A stretch of 63,671 nt of DNA, filler included, from Sphacelaria rigidula (GCA_964200075.2; 10 parts of 10 records of this genome joined end to end with filler, not necessarily neighbours in it), one strand, 5' to 3'. Numbered from the whole stretch's first letter, positions 12,841 through 25,512 are shown. The notes: generated by a model from the sequence alone, not told the origin. Numbers and translations are program-made.

Positions 12841-14067
12841 CCTCCCTATCGCAGGATCACTTCGAAGCACAATTTTACATGAACTGCCGCTTCAGTAGGA
12901 AACATCTGTTGCGGCGAGCTGTGCCGAAGATTCGATATTCCCCCTATAGTAGTGTCGCGACTGTCACTGTCTCCGCGTGGTGTCTCATCAACACGAACAA
13001 CATGAGTTACGCGGGAAAATGAAACAAACGACGGAGCCCCCGATGTGCAAGCAACCCACGACTGCATCTGTCGTAGGCATTCTATATTGTGCTGTGCAAA
13101 GCATGCCTCGCCTGCGCTTCCGCCCCGCTAAGGTCCAGCGCATCTGCGGGAGAAGTCGTCGGGTTGATGCCGCTGTCTCGCTTCGCCAACCTCACCCCGT
13201 CCGTCCGTCCCTCAGTTCTCGCCTCAGCCCTGCCTCCGGCACGTCCGCCGCCACCGCGTGCACCTCCTCTCCCAGCCCCGCCCTGACCCGACGTCTCCGC
13301 AGCAGGCTTACACAAAAGCACACACAAATGACTAACGGTGAAGCTCTTCAGTAGCTCGTTGATCGAAGTGGTTGGATAGTCGATGTTCCAACTCTAGGTG
13401 CCGCAGAGGGGCGTGTTCCGTCCCGAGAGTGATCCTCCATCGTCTGCTTGTGACTTGGCGCACCAAAGACGAAGAGACACGGACGGAAAGGGATGCCGGA
13501 GTTTTCGCGAGAAAGCAGTTATCGACGCCGTTCCGGGGACTAGCGATGACGATAAACGACGGACGCAAAACCGAGGGGGGTTAGGGAGTAGTTACATAAC
13601 CAACGGCGGTGTTTTCCTCAACATTTCGTTTTCTCCGCATTTCATGGCGAAGGTGGACCAAAGAGATCTGACGTGCACAATGACCTAGCGATCGAATATT
13701 CTGTGGTTATCCTGTCTGTGTCTCCGCTGGCATGGCATCGTGGGGCGGCGACAGCACGTCGACGGCGCAGTTTCTCGGGTTTTTTCGATGATGAGTGGCA
13801 AACGCGGCATCTCGGACCCCTTCTTTCATCTAGCAAGGCTTCTAACTCCCGGTGTATAGGTGTGAGGAGCACACACCCACTCTAACCGACAGCTTATCAA
13901 GTTTGAAAGCGAAGAGCTAATGGCACGTGTACAGCGAAATCCCCACTCACATGGCTCGTTCGATATTGCCCGTGCTTTTTTGGTGGCTTGCCATTCAATT
14001 CTCTAAAACCCCTTCCGAATACCCAGCGGTTGTCACTACCCCCTTCTCGCCCTCTATCATCCCTCAC

Positions 14068-14322
14068 CTCAAGCATGCGGGTATCGGCGGTGGCCCTTGG
14101 TGAAACAGCAGGTCTTGGCGAAGTGCCGCCAGGGATGATGCAATCCAGAGGAGAGGTGGGTGAGGATCGGAGAGGGGTCGGAGCGGACGGCACGCGAGAA
14201 GCTGTCGTTCCCCGGCCCCGCTCCCCCTGCTGAGCGCCGATAGCGTTGGCGAGGCGAACGACGCCCTCCACGAACTCTCGGTAGGTGATGGCCCTCCCTG
14301 AGTCGTAGATCTGATGCAACAG
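14068..14322 (-). CDS. RSPH10B-like protein exon (acceptor could alternatively be at 14310)
   Basis: IYDSGRAITYREFVEGVVRLANA...RMLE|gtgagg; phase 0 with the upstream exon; REF-E--VR-A helix as recalled for RSPH10B-like proteins. Confidence 0.7.
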
Positions 14323-14709
14323 CTTGAAAGAGCAGACAAAGACATTGCGTTCGCGCAGAATTTCCCGCAAATGAGTACATCAAAGTCGTGCATTGTCCCG
14401 TCAGGCATTTCGTAAAAGAATAGAGAGTCGCAAATCCCTGACCCTCAGCTAGAGCTAACTCAACCATTCGTGATCAGCACGTGTAATGTTGAAAATACCA
14501 ACACCGCACAGCAGGGCTTGAAACGTTCAGCGCGGCGGGCGGGCCGCCGTGAGAAGCGGGCCGCGGTGACAGAGGGCGTTCGAGCACGCTGCGCGCATGG
14601 AGAAATATGAGCAGTCTTCGATAGCTTAAGGGTTGTACTTCGACGAGCACAACGTGGCTGCGGCTGCAACGCTTGAACCGAGGTTCAGCGTGTCCTGTCC
14701 GTCACTCAC

Positions 14710-14889
14710 CCCCCTTCCATCGTCCTCCTGCACTGTTGCTGCGACAGCCACAGCTCTAGTATCTTCCTCTCGGCGTACGCTGTTTGCGTCGCTCGTAACC
14801 TCATCGGCGCTCCCATTCATCGCCCTCTTCAGGCTGCTCGCCAGTTCCCACGCATGTTGCCGCCGCATGCGGGAGAAAATGCGATGGAC
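14710..14889 (-). CDS. RSPH10B-like protein exon
   Basis: gag|GTC CAT; VHRIFSRMRRQHAWELASSLK...GRG|gtgagt; 60 codons. Confidence 0.65.
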
Positions 14890-15318
14890 CTCATGATTGG
14901 ATGTGGACAAGACAACACAAGAGACCAGGGGCAAATTTCGGGACGACTTTTCTTTTCTAGGTGTGAACAAATCCACATCCCGCAGAGACGGGTTGGGAAG
15001 CAGTCACATCACGTAACACCGCTGTAGAAAAAATATGTGTACTGAAAAAATGGAAGCGGGACGCGTTGCAAAATGGTCGTCACTGGTGGTGAAGTTTTTC
15101 GGCGTTTCATCTGGACCTCGATTGATGAAAATCCGGTCTGCTCTGCCTGTATGTAGTCCTCGAGATGTGCGTATGGTTTCAAGAGTCGCATGTCCACGTC
15201 TTGAGGAGCCGAACAACACAAGACGTAGACCACTCTGGCAGCACCGACTAGATGATGGGATACCAACATGAACGTCATCCACGAATGTGGAAAAATACCA
15301 GTGTTTAGGTGGTCACAC

Positions 15319-15409
15319 CTCTCCGACGGAAACGGAAGTTGAAGGTACCAACGCGTGGCAATCGCTTGCGAACTCGATGAACTGCTGCATCGACATGGTG
15401 AACATCGTG
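15319..15409 (-). CDS. RSPH10B-like protein exon
   Basis: aacag|C ACG; TMFTMSMQQFIEFASDCHALVPSTSVSVGE|gtgtga; resembles the F-M---F--F--DC motif of RSPH10B; phase matches the previous exon. Confidence 0.75.
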
Positions 15410-15693
15410 CTGTTGGAAGGCAGCAACACGCGTAGACGGAAAGGGATATATTGTTTTAGGACGGGTGCCGGCTACTCGTGTGTATCAACTGTGTTCTCTA
15501 TCATTTCTTGTTTGTGTCCCAGTCACGGATCCTAAGAAATCGCAGACCTAATCTGACAACACGTAATATGTTGCCCACGGGGAAGACCTCGTCTTGATGG
15601 TTGATCTTTATGTTCCCCTCTATTTCGGGAACGCACTCACAGTGCTCGGTACGGGCTCCACCACGATTGCAAATGGTACCTGAGGTGTCTCAC

Positions 15694-15761
15694 CTGTCCC
15701 GTGGAGCGGTCGGGCCTGGCCTGGCGTACTGCTTATACAACACCTTCAACTCGCTGTTCAG
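15694..15761 (-). CDS. RSPH10B-like protein exon
   Basis: ctgcag|CTG; LNSELKVLYKQYARPGPTAPRD-AG|gtgaga (phase 2 joins the next exon as Ser). Confidence 0.75.
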
Positions 15762-16152
15762 CTGCAGAACGTACAGATGCAAGCGGAATGCGTGTTGACG
15801 ACCATTGTTGAAAACGTGTTGGGTGCTGGGTTTTAGCTGCGAGACAGGACAGGAGCAGACGAGCCGTTGAGCAGCGCATGTGGACAACTTGTGGAGGGAC
15901 TCCTCCCGGTGGTACAATGCTTTTGTCTCGACAAAAGTGGTGCATATGATAGAGGCAACCGAGTTTCCAAGCCGGCACGCTAACATGCTAGGGAGTTCCG
16001 TGCGTCAGAGTTCGGTTCCCTTGTTTTCGAAAGAGGTTCGGCGAGAGACGGGCTCTGTGATAGTGTTCGCACGTTCATGTGTTTTTGTCCGATCATGTTT
16101 CCATCACGACTACAAGCGCCCAACACGTTCAGCGCCGGCGTTGGGTGCACAC

Positions 16153-16272
16153 CTGCAGCGCTGACCGCTCGAGATCTCTCATTGTTTGCGTGCGATACGC
16201 CTCATCTCCGGCGCACAAAAGATCCGATATGCTGAGCTTTACCGCCGCCGACAGCTCGGGATACTCGTCATC
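16153..16272 (-). CDS. RSPH10B-like (radial spoke head 10 homolog B-like) protein exon
   Basis: ttcag|GAT; DDEYPELSAAVKLSISDLLCAGDEAYRTQTMRDLERSALQ|gtgtgc. Five exons splice in frame; the family call rests on recalled similarity to the post-MORN region of RSPH10B and was not searched. Confidence 0.7.
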
Positions 16273-16944
16273 CTGAACGTCGAGAGGTTGAAGGGTAAGG
16301 AGACATCTGAAACGGTGGCGTCAAGGAGGCTGTGGATGGGGCGGGTAATCTGCAGATTAAGTGTCAGGCCTTCGGGCATTAATACCGCGAGACGGATGCG
16401 TCGATGCATAAAATCGCCGACAGAAACTACCACGTGAGATTTGCACCCGAGGGAAACCTGAGGGCCATTACGAGTAGGTTCACCAGCAATTTTGGCTACA
16501 CCAGGCGTTAAGTCGAAGTTGTCGTTTCCTTCTTCACATATAGCTCAATTCAGGGCTGAAAAATACCTCCGGCGCTTGAACGTGGATCACGGCACCCGCC
16601 CTTGACTCATTACTGTAGTAGCACACTTCCACGGTTACGACAAATCATCACGACTCAAAATCACCAAAGTCAGGGTTGGGGACTGGAGCTACGCGCCAGT
16701 ACCAGGTAAAGTGGCTGCGTGAAGCAGCTAGTTTACTGGGTCCTATCAGTACACTGGTGTCGCAGCGAAGCCGCGACCACCGCCCCCCCCCGGCTGTTGA
16801 TTGGGCCCCGCCGCAGGCCGCCGGAGGCGTATTTTTCCGCGATTTGGCTTCACTAGAAGGTATTTTTTGGGGTAATTTAGGGCCACTTCGATGATGCCTG
16901 CCCGGGTGTGAAAACGTTTCTCCAAATAGTTGCACACCCTGGGC

Positions 16945-18565
16945 AATACAATATATTATCAATATACATTAGTCGATCATATTGGAATTTTGCAATATAT
17001 TGTCGGCGTAATATATATTAGTACCCTTGGACTGCACACGTATTGCGCGCCCAATATATGTTGATGTCGTGGGACTGCATACATATTGCTCGCCCAATAT
17101 ATATATTGGTACAGTGGGGTTGAACACACATTGGCCCATCAATATATATTGGGGCAGCGCGGACGACAGCATATTGCACGACCAATATATATTAGGGTCG
17201 CATTGGTGAGAACATATTGAGCGATCAATATATATTGGGTCCACGTGGGTGCCAATGTATTGGCCGGTCAATACATATTGGACGTTATAAGTATGGTGTA
17301 CGCTTCAAGAAAGATCCAGACGCGATGGATGCCGGAGCCCGTGCAGATTGGAAACAGCTTCAAAGGGGGTTGCATAAGTTCGCGTGCATTACTCCGGAGA
17401 GTTGTCGAATGCGTTTGATATATATATATATATGTATACTGGTCAGAAAATATGACGACAGAAGAGGCGACCCGGTATTTATACCTCCTGATACCTATCT
17501 GGCCACCGGTGCGGAGCCGCCCATCCCCTTCCCAGCATATACTTAAAATATCTTGGCTTAACATCACAATGACAGAAAACGCGGGTCGATATGCGCCTTT
17601 TGGTACCCCTAAGGTTCACCGGGGCTGTGTTGCTTATACCCTGGACAATATAATATGTTCCAATATGATACCAATACTCTGTACTGGAGCCAGCGCAAAT
17701 ATTGTCCTTTCAATATATATTTTGTTGAGATGTCCTCGGAGACATTGAAGCAACAACATATATTGCTCGTGTCATGATCATGAAGTAATGTATGCTAATA
17801 TATATTGGACATGTAGTTGCTCCGGGAATAAAACACCCAATATATATTGTGCATGCCGGCCCTGTGTGTATTGAAGTGTCAATATATATTGAGTCGAAGC
17901 GATGCGTAGCATATTGTCAACATAATATATATTGAACGCAAACCATGCAGAAGTATTGTTTTTCCAATATATATTGCGCACGTTCATCGGATAGCTATTG
18001 TGCAGCCAATATATATTGAACAAGCTTGCGGAGGAATACATTGAGCGTTTTCGGCATGTAAAATACATCTTTGAATGGCGCCCGCGAACAAAGAACTGCC
18101 CACTATACTAATTTCAATACACTTTCCAATCTACATGTTGAAAATCAATATTTTTTGCTCCACCAACATATATTGTGACCGTCGGTTCCCTCATGTATTG
18201 TCCATCCAATATATATATTGCACGCATTGACGCACGACATATTGGGGCGGCAGTATATATTGGCGCTTCGGGTGTCGAGTATATTGAATCGTCAATATAT
18301 GTTAACCTCGTGTGGCAGCCAACATATTACTCGACAAATATACAATGGTGCCTTCTCGCACCAACATACTACTCGGCCAATATGTATTGAGGTGGCGCGT
18401 GTCGTGATATATTGTTCGGTCGATATGTATTGCATGCCGCGAGCCTTGACATATTGATGGCACAACATATATTGACCATCTCTCGTGCCATCATATTGCT
18501 AGCCCAATATATATCGACCACCCGACGCGTCGATATATTGAGCGGGCAATATATATTACATATTG
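16945..18565. repeat. Periodic array of the palindromic motif CAATATATATTG (42-43 bp period, unique spacers); two blocks ~16945-17282 and ~17690-18565
   Basis: Motif starts at 17009, 17052, 17095, 17140, 17183, 17226, 17269 and at 17711, 17754, 17796, 17838, 17880, 17923, 17965, 18007. Confidence 0.92.
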
Positions 18566-18598
18566 TACTGTCCACGGTGTGGATAGTTGTTAGTATAC

Positions 18599-18946
18599 CT
18601 AAAAAAAAACTTCAACAATCGTGTTGAACCAATGCAAGCATTCATCCGTAATCGTCATGCATGCGTTGCATGCATCTCGGTGACCGGGGAATTCGGTGTT
18701 GAGGTGCCTCAGAAGGTTTCTTGGAGACTGCGAGTATTTCATCTCCGCTCGCTCATGTTCCTCCTGCTCGATGCACAGAATGCAAACGGCGTGCTCCTGC
18801 AAACGCCCCAAAACGTAACTTTCGAAGTACGCCCAGCTAGGTGCAGTCGCAGCAGCCGGCTTTGACTTTCGAGGCTGCGTCTTAACCCTAACCATGCACT
18901 CCTCGCGCAGTTTGTCCTTCTGAACACCGCGAGGCACGACCGCCAC
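18599..18946 (-). pseudogene. BED zinc-finger remnant (hAT transposase N-terminus)
   Basis: SWAYFESY...AVCILC...SPRNLLRHLNTEFPGH fits W-YF, CxxC, NL-RHL...H. No catalytic domain follows; the frame runs into the repeat array. Confidence 0.8.
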
Positions 18947-19134
18947 TACCTCTGCGTCACCAGATTCGCTTGAGGTCGCGGCGGGTTCAGGGATCTGAGG
19001 CCCCGGGCTCGGGTCTGAAGCGGGCGGGCTACTGNNNNNNNNNNNNNNNNNNNNNNNNNNNNNNNNNNNNNNNNNNNNTTAATTAATTAANNNNNNNNNN
19101 NNNNNNNNNNNNNNNNNNNNNNNNNNNNNNNNNN

Positions 19135-19218
19135 CATTCACTGATTGACCGCTTTTCACTCTCAATCGTATCATCTACTCTCAATCTCACGAAAACACTG
19201 TTTACCGTAGCATCACTC
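19135..19218. mobile_element. End of a GAG...CTC MITE (TIR taccgtagcatcactc)
   Basis: Same 16-mer at 38274-38289 and 49498-49513, and a near-match in reverse at 50482. Confidence 0.65.
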
Positions 19219-19556
19219 ATAAGAAGGAAGAGAAAATACGATACAAGACAAGAACAAAACACAAAGGGAGGATTCAAGCAAAAAAACAAGAAGCAAATAA
19301 AAAATACAAAATACCAGATAGAAAAGACAACCACTATAAGTACGGGGCTAAGCAGTACGGAAAAAAAAATGAAAGGGGGAGGGGGAACACATGGTTTTCC
19401 AACGACGCTACGACGCAAGAGAAGCGACTCGAACATGGTACACTACGAAAGATGAATGGGGAAGCAGACTTGGATGCGGCATCATGGGTCTTCTGCATCC
19501 CAAGCGGTGTCCGTGTTGCGTAGAACGGCTGTGTCGAGATCGCCTTGGTCGTGTCG

Positions 19557-20120
19557 TTAGAGGCACCAGGATCCCCGGCGGGCGGACTGCACCTCGGTGT
19601 AGTAGGCATTATCCAAGCGAATCTTAAGGGGGCTCGGGTCATCGAGGAAGCGGATGAAGTAGGAGTTGTCAGATGCAGGGTCGACCAAATGAATCTTACC
19701 CAACCACCACAGTGAATCCAAGGCCTTATACCGAAAGTACGGCCCCTTCGGCAAACGTTGTCCGTGAAAAGACTGCATGTATTGTGAACGCGAAAGAAGG
19801 CTAAAGCCTGATACGACAAACCGCGCTGAGTGCTCACGTGCCAGTTCCCGAGCGGCAGCTCCCTTGCGCATTGGCCGATATCTCTTATTCGACGGGCGGT
19901 GTCGGACGACATCTTCTACCCAGTACAGCAATATTTCCCGACGAAAATGACGCAAATCAACTCCATGCTGCCATGTAACACGCATGATACCCTTTCAATG
20001 TGTTTGATACATTACCGCTATCTTACCACCACGGCCGCGGACCAGTTGATGGCCCGATATCCTATCTACCGCAACGCGTTCCGGGGGTGTGTCCGCATCC
20101 TCGACCGTCATGTGATACGG
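19557..20120 (-). pseudogene. Integrase C-terminal chromodomain-like module plus a PWWP/Tudor-like module
   Basis: VAVDRISGHQLVRGRGGKIAVMYQTH*KGIMRVTWQHGVDL (TGA where W is expected), then in frame PYFRYKALDSLWWLGKI...YFIRFLDDP. Confidence 0.6.
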
Positions 20121-22976
20121 CGGAGTTTTGATCGCATGCTTGGTCAACGCATACTGACTAAGCTCCGGCGGCAGTTGTTTGGGCATGTCCGAGGAGTCAT
20201 GAGGGGGAATACATGGTTTGCATCGAAGCATCGAGACGCGATTTTTCGGTTTCAAACCAGGTTCATCCGTGGGAAAATCTAAATACAAAAGTTTCGCTCT
20301 CGCCGGATTTTTGTCGGGTGCGGTAGCGCTTGGATCCACAGCCAAAATTTCCGAAGGACCAGTCCAATTCAAGGAAAGTTTCGCCTTCAACACTTTGTCC
20401 AAAGAGGATAATTTTGAGCTAGCCCCTTGATTGATGGTCTCTACATCGTTATATACCCATGTCCATTGGCCTACCTTCCACACCGGGCGGTTATGTACCA
20501 CATCATCCAACACCGAGTTCGCTCTGGCCACCTTGGCCAAACTGATTTGGTTCTGTTCTCGTACCACTTCATACGCAAGACGAAGACGATTGCTAACCGA
20601 CAAATGATACTCTACAACATCGCGATCCAGACTCTGATGTCCGCCTGTATTTTTGCGTTCTAATACCGTTAATGGTGACCTAGGCATGCGACCAATATGA
20701 GTTTCATTCGGTGACAATCCCATAGCGGCATTGACTGAATTGTTATAATTCATTTAGACAGAGGGCAAATGCACATCCCAGTCCACCTGTCTCTCATTTG
20801 CCACAGCAGCAAGCATCTGTGCCATCGTATAGTTCACTCGTTCCGTTCCACCATTGGTGGAAGGGTGATACGAACTAGTAAAAATGCGATGGGCTCGCAA
20901 AAGGTCACTGACTGCGGCCGAACATTTGCCTGAAAAATGCGGGCCGTTGTCAGACAGTAACCGTTTGGGCACACCCCACTGTGGGATGTACATGTAGACA
21001 AGAATGTTAGCGGTACCTTCCGCGTTATAGCTACTGGCAGGGACAGCGTGCATCACCGCATGTCGGCTAAATCTATCTATAGACAACAAAATATACTTAT
21101 CACCACTATCCGTCAGGGGCAAAGGACCAAAATAGTCCCACGAAACTACTTCACCAGGCCCGTTTGGGAGTGGCATGGAAACAATCGGCCAACGAACTGT
21201 TTGACGTGAAGTCTTGCGCGCTTGGCACAAGAGGCAACGCCGAACCCACCAACGAGAACACTGATCGATACAAATCCGCCAATAAAAGCGTTCCAACATC
21301 TGGGAGGTCCTAATGGCGCCCAAATGAGTCGATGCCTGTGAATGGCATTCGTGTAGAACCCATGGGCGCAGGACCAGCGGGACATAAATGCGGATGGGTT
21401 GATCACCTAGCAAGCGGGCATGTCGACTTGTAGGCTTCCCCCTGGGGAGGATCGCTGTATGCCGGCGAACTAAAAGAACCGCACCATCATCATCCGTATG
21501 CGGCATACCTTTCCGCGAAAGTTCAGTAACTTCATCCTGTGTGGGGGCTTTGAGGTTCCCGACGGTCAAAAGAAATTCGGTCTCTGAAAATGGACATGGG
21601 CAACCTTTGGATAGATAATGAATAGCTGATTTACAAGCAGGTTCAACCAGTTGTTCCCGGGCCCAATCGGCGTGGGAGAAGAGGGTCAAACGTTCCTTGA
21701 ACACGCCATCTGTTGAAGCGTCTACTTCGCGTTGGGTCGGGTCGGGATGGGGATGACACGAAGCGGTGGTATCGGAGTCAAGGATAAGCCTACCAGGTGG
21801 CGTATGCTCAGGTGGAACGTTGACGTCTACTCCTGCGTTGATTGGCGTGGTGGGTATTGTAGTGGTGTTAGTAATATCGTCACCAAGGAAGGGGGGCATA
21901 GCCGTGGTTTCGGCTATGATTGGCAAGGGCGCCACGATCGGGGTACATTTTTTGGGGGCCTTGCGTCGTGGAGGTTGAGGAGGCGCAAGGAAAGTATCGG
22001 GGACCGGGGTGGGGGCAGGGAGGGGAAGGTCAGGACCAGACACGGCTAATTTGGTGGCCGTGTCGGCGGTCCGCCGTCCACGAGTCCTACTCGAAATCAA
22101 ATCTCGAACTTGAACTGGTAAGACGGAGTCAGCAAAGGACGATTCTAAACTTTTTGCGAAAACCATGCGCTGGCCAGTTGCACAAAAATGATCATAGCCA
22201 ACAATATTCGTAGACAGTCCATTCCAAACTGAGTACAACGACTGAGGTTGCAAGCTGCCCAGAACTGATGCGTGGGCTGTGGTCGTCAGCCCACCCATGC
22301 CTAAAGCCGGCGTTTTTCTCAGTGAAAGTAGTGTGTGGAGACATTTATGTCCATCCCTGCTAGTGAAATATACAATGTCTTCGGTGGGATCGGTGATACG
22401 TCCTATGGGGGATATATTGATAGGTTGAGCCGTTGAGGGCAAGCGTGACAGATGGTCGGCGTTTGCATTTTGCGGGCCTGTGTAATATTTCAACTGGAAG
22501 TTTGAAGACGACAGGATTTCGAACCAGCGTTGTTCCCTAGCGTTGTGTTCCGCCATTTTGGCGAGGCTTTCCAAAGACTGATGATCCGTATAAACCACAA
22601 ACGGGATGTCATACAAATACTGACGCAGACGTCGCACGCCCCAAACAACTGCGCCGGCCTCTTGTTCCATGACAGACCAACTCTGTTCATTTGGAAAAGT
22701 GGTGCGACTCAGATATACAATGGGACGAACAGTAGCATCGTCTTGCTCCCGTTCTAAGGTGCAGCCAAACCCAATTTTGGAAAAATCTGTGTGGAGACGG
22801 AAAGGGCGGGAACCATGTTCCGCTGCCGACCAGTCGTGGAAGACAAGAATAGGCGGACACAAAAGGATGTCAAGAAGAGGGCGGACGGTTTTTTCCATCT
22901 CCGATGTGAACACAAATCTCATCCCTTTTTTGAGGAGGGTGGTGAGGGGTTTGAGCATTTGGACAAGGTTTGGCAA
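20121..22976 (-). pseudogene. pol: Ty3/Gypsy RNase H and integrase
   Basis: RNase H: LHTDFSKIGFGCTLE, YTDHQSLE, NANADHLSR. Integrase HHCC: HSQASTH...CLLC. DDE: WDYFGP, LSDNGPHF, TERVN. One in-frame stop at 20754-20756. Confidence 0.95.
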
Positions 22977-23750
22977 GTATTTCCGTAGTAGCTTAGACCT
23001 CCCAACAAGGAACGCAGTTGAGAAATGTCCCGTAGCATGGGCATATCGACGAGTGCGGCAACCTTGTTGAGGTTTGGGCTACGACCTTCGGGGGTGATGC
23101 AATGACCCAAGAACTCAACCTTCGTGGCCCCAATGCGGGATTTGGAGGGTGCGAGTTTCAAGTTGTGTTGTTCAAACCGATTAAAGAATGATGCCAATTG
23201 TTCGACGTGTTCGATGTGTTTGGCCGGTGTGCAGTCATGGCACACCGCATCATCAAGGTACATATGGCAGCTGAGCAAACCATCAGTCACACGGAACATT
23301 ACACGCTGAAACGCACCTGGAGCTCCCGCGGCACCTTGTGGTGTAACCAGCCACTCGTACAAACCTGATAGCGTGCAAAACGCCGTCAGTTCAATGGAAT
23401 TCGGATCCATCACGAGTTGATGGTAGCCAAACTGCATGTCAAAGTTCGAAAATACCTTACCCCCCCAAGAGAGTCAAAAATTTCATCAATCCGTGGAAGA
23501 GGCAGCCTGGCGATTGTGGTGACAGCGTTCAATCGTTGAGAATTGACCGTACATCTGATTTTGCCATGCTTCTTGCGGACGACCACTAAAGGCGAGGCCC
23601 ACGGAAACGTCGTGTGTCGAATCAAACCGGTGGGTAAGTAACCATCGAGAATTACTTGGATCTTATCCGCTAAGAGGTGGTTCGTACGGTACGGACGCAT
23701 AGCGATAGGTGGAGTGCCATCAGCGATTTTAATCTTGAACGGTTTCGTGG
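22977..23750 (-). pseudogene. pol: Ty3/Gypsy reverse transcriptase (frameshifted)
   Basis: PWASPLVVVRKKHGKIRC, LPLPRIDEIFDSLG, GYHQL, PQGAAGAPGAFQR, YLDD, VEFLGH, LRSLLGGLSYY; frameshifts near 23460 and 22985. Confidence 0.95.
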
Positions 23751-24280
23751 TACATCAACCTAAATTTTAGGGTGCAGAAGAAAACCGTTCAGAATATCTA
23801 ATCAAGATTGATCTCAATCTGTCGATTACAGTGGGTGTCTAAACATCGCCGGATATATAAAAAAAATATATGCCGCAAATGTGGGAGGATCTCATCCCAC
23901 AACTTTTGAAAACTGGCGTGCTGTCTTGGGGAAAATCTGTCCAGTAATGCAGTTGGGGGTTTAGGTTGAAGCGCATCTGGTGGATTTGTCACCATCATGG
24001 GGTCAGGTATGTGTAGCGGAGGGGGGGCCGTATTTTCCGGAGGGTCGGTTGACTAGTTGTTGTCCGCAGGGGTGCACATATCTGACAGAGCAGTTCGTAG
24101 TAGAGGCGCTTGAGCATAACCCAACAACTGTCCGTTGAGTATATCGAAACATGCAGAGGACGTGAAGTAAATGGCCTGCCGATTTTCATGAACAAATACT
24201 TCGGTCTGTTCAAACGGACCAACCTGTGATTGGTCAGGATTGAGCAATTCGACCAAATAATGTCCTGTGAGGGCAGGCGA

Positions 24281-24900
24281 TCAATTGCGTCTCACGAGGT
24301 TCACATGGATAAGTTGGGGTTCACGAGAAAGCGAGACTACAGGTTCACCAACATAGTACAGACGGAAAGCGTCGCCTGTTTGCGTGGGGTCATCCTCGTA
24401 GGCATGAGCCCCCGAATCAGTGTCGAAGTGACCCAGTGACAGTATGCCTGTAACTGGACGGTTCGGGACAGGTGTATCCGACGTATACGTGTGTGTGGAA
24501 AAACGAAGCCAACTATCTTGACCCAACAAAACATCAAAAGACATGGAACCGTCGGGCACAATCAGTGCCCATACGGATACCACGCAGTGGGAGTAGTATC
24601 CTGGAAGAATTGTACACTGAGTCTCACCGATTGATTATCCGTAAGGGATGTGGAGGAACCACACCCGCCAAAAACACGAGGGTACACGGTGGACAGACAA
24701 TACTCGTCCGCAGCGCCCGCGTTGATCATCTGTTGCCAGCAGCTGGCTGTAATGAACGTTTGAGGCGAACCTGAATCCGGTAGTGCAAGAGCTACCAAAT
24801 GACGGCTTGCACGCGCTCCACTATGTATACCTATGTTGGTCGTGATAGAAGCATCATCCATAGTTGCGGTACCACTGACGAGATCGGGCCCGAATTCGGG
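24281..24900 (-). pseudogene. Retrotransposon aspartic protease (frameshifted)
   Basis: ALALPDSGSPQTFI (DSG) and FDVLLGQDSW in adjacent frames. Confidence 0.8.
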
Positions 24901-25367
24901 TAAGACATCTGACACATCCTGCTTTGCGTTTTGAAAGTAGGTGCTAAAATACACCCGTTCGTTGGTGATCCTACGGGACAAGCTTTTGGTCGGAAGGATG
25001 GTGCGTGCATGGAGTGTCAGTGTTTGTGCCTGAGATATTTGTCTCATCAATCGAGGTTTGAATCTCATATACTGCAACGGAGGGGCGATGCCGGGGAAGA
25101 GCAGTTGTCGTGGTTGGACTCGACAACCGGTTTGTGCGTGGTGTTACACCTTTATTGGCCAACAGGGGGGGTGGATCGTCATTGTGCAAAGTGGAATCAA
25201 TTACATTCTCCAGCTCGGCCAGAACGGGGGACGAGTCATCGGGGTGCGGTGTTGAGTTTGATACGCCTATCAACTCAATACCGTCACTAGTTAGGGTCAA
25301 CATGGGCGGTTTTGGAGACGATTCGTCGGCACGCGGGATTGGAGAGCTGTGCTGTTCAACCCGGCGT

Positions 25368-25412
<45 letters not shown>

Positions 25413-25512
25413 NNNNNNNNNNNNNNNNNNNNNNNNNNNNNNNNNNNNNNNNNNNNTTAATTAATTAANNNNNNNNNNNNNNNNNNNNNNNNNNNNNNNN
25501 NNNNNNNNNNNN

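Larger units (their letters stand above)
16671..19034 (-). mobile_element. hAT-like DNA transposon relic (internally deleted, truncated by contig end)
   Basis: Candidate terminus CAGGGTTGGG at 16671 resembles the hAT MITE ends at 41142/41407; long subterminal motif arrays; BED finger remnant. The other end and the TSD are not in the contig. Confidence 0.6.
19480..25303 (-). mobile_element. Ty3/Gypsy (chromovirus-type) LTR retrotransposon, decayed pol region
   Basis: Domain order PR-RT-RNaseH-IN-chromo; several frameshifts and in-frame stops; LTRs and gag are not resolvable in this contig. Confidence 0.95.

Noticed and set aside
15009..15278. Extra exon in the RSPH10B-like gene
   Set aside because: The flanking exons already join in frame (VSVGE|VHRIF) and match the family spacing without it.
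16945..18565. CRISPR array
   Set aside because: The conserved motif is only 12 bp, AT-rich and degenerate; the context is eukaryotic, there are no cas genes, and the adjacent BED finger favours transposon subterminal repeats.
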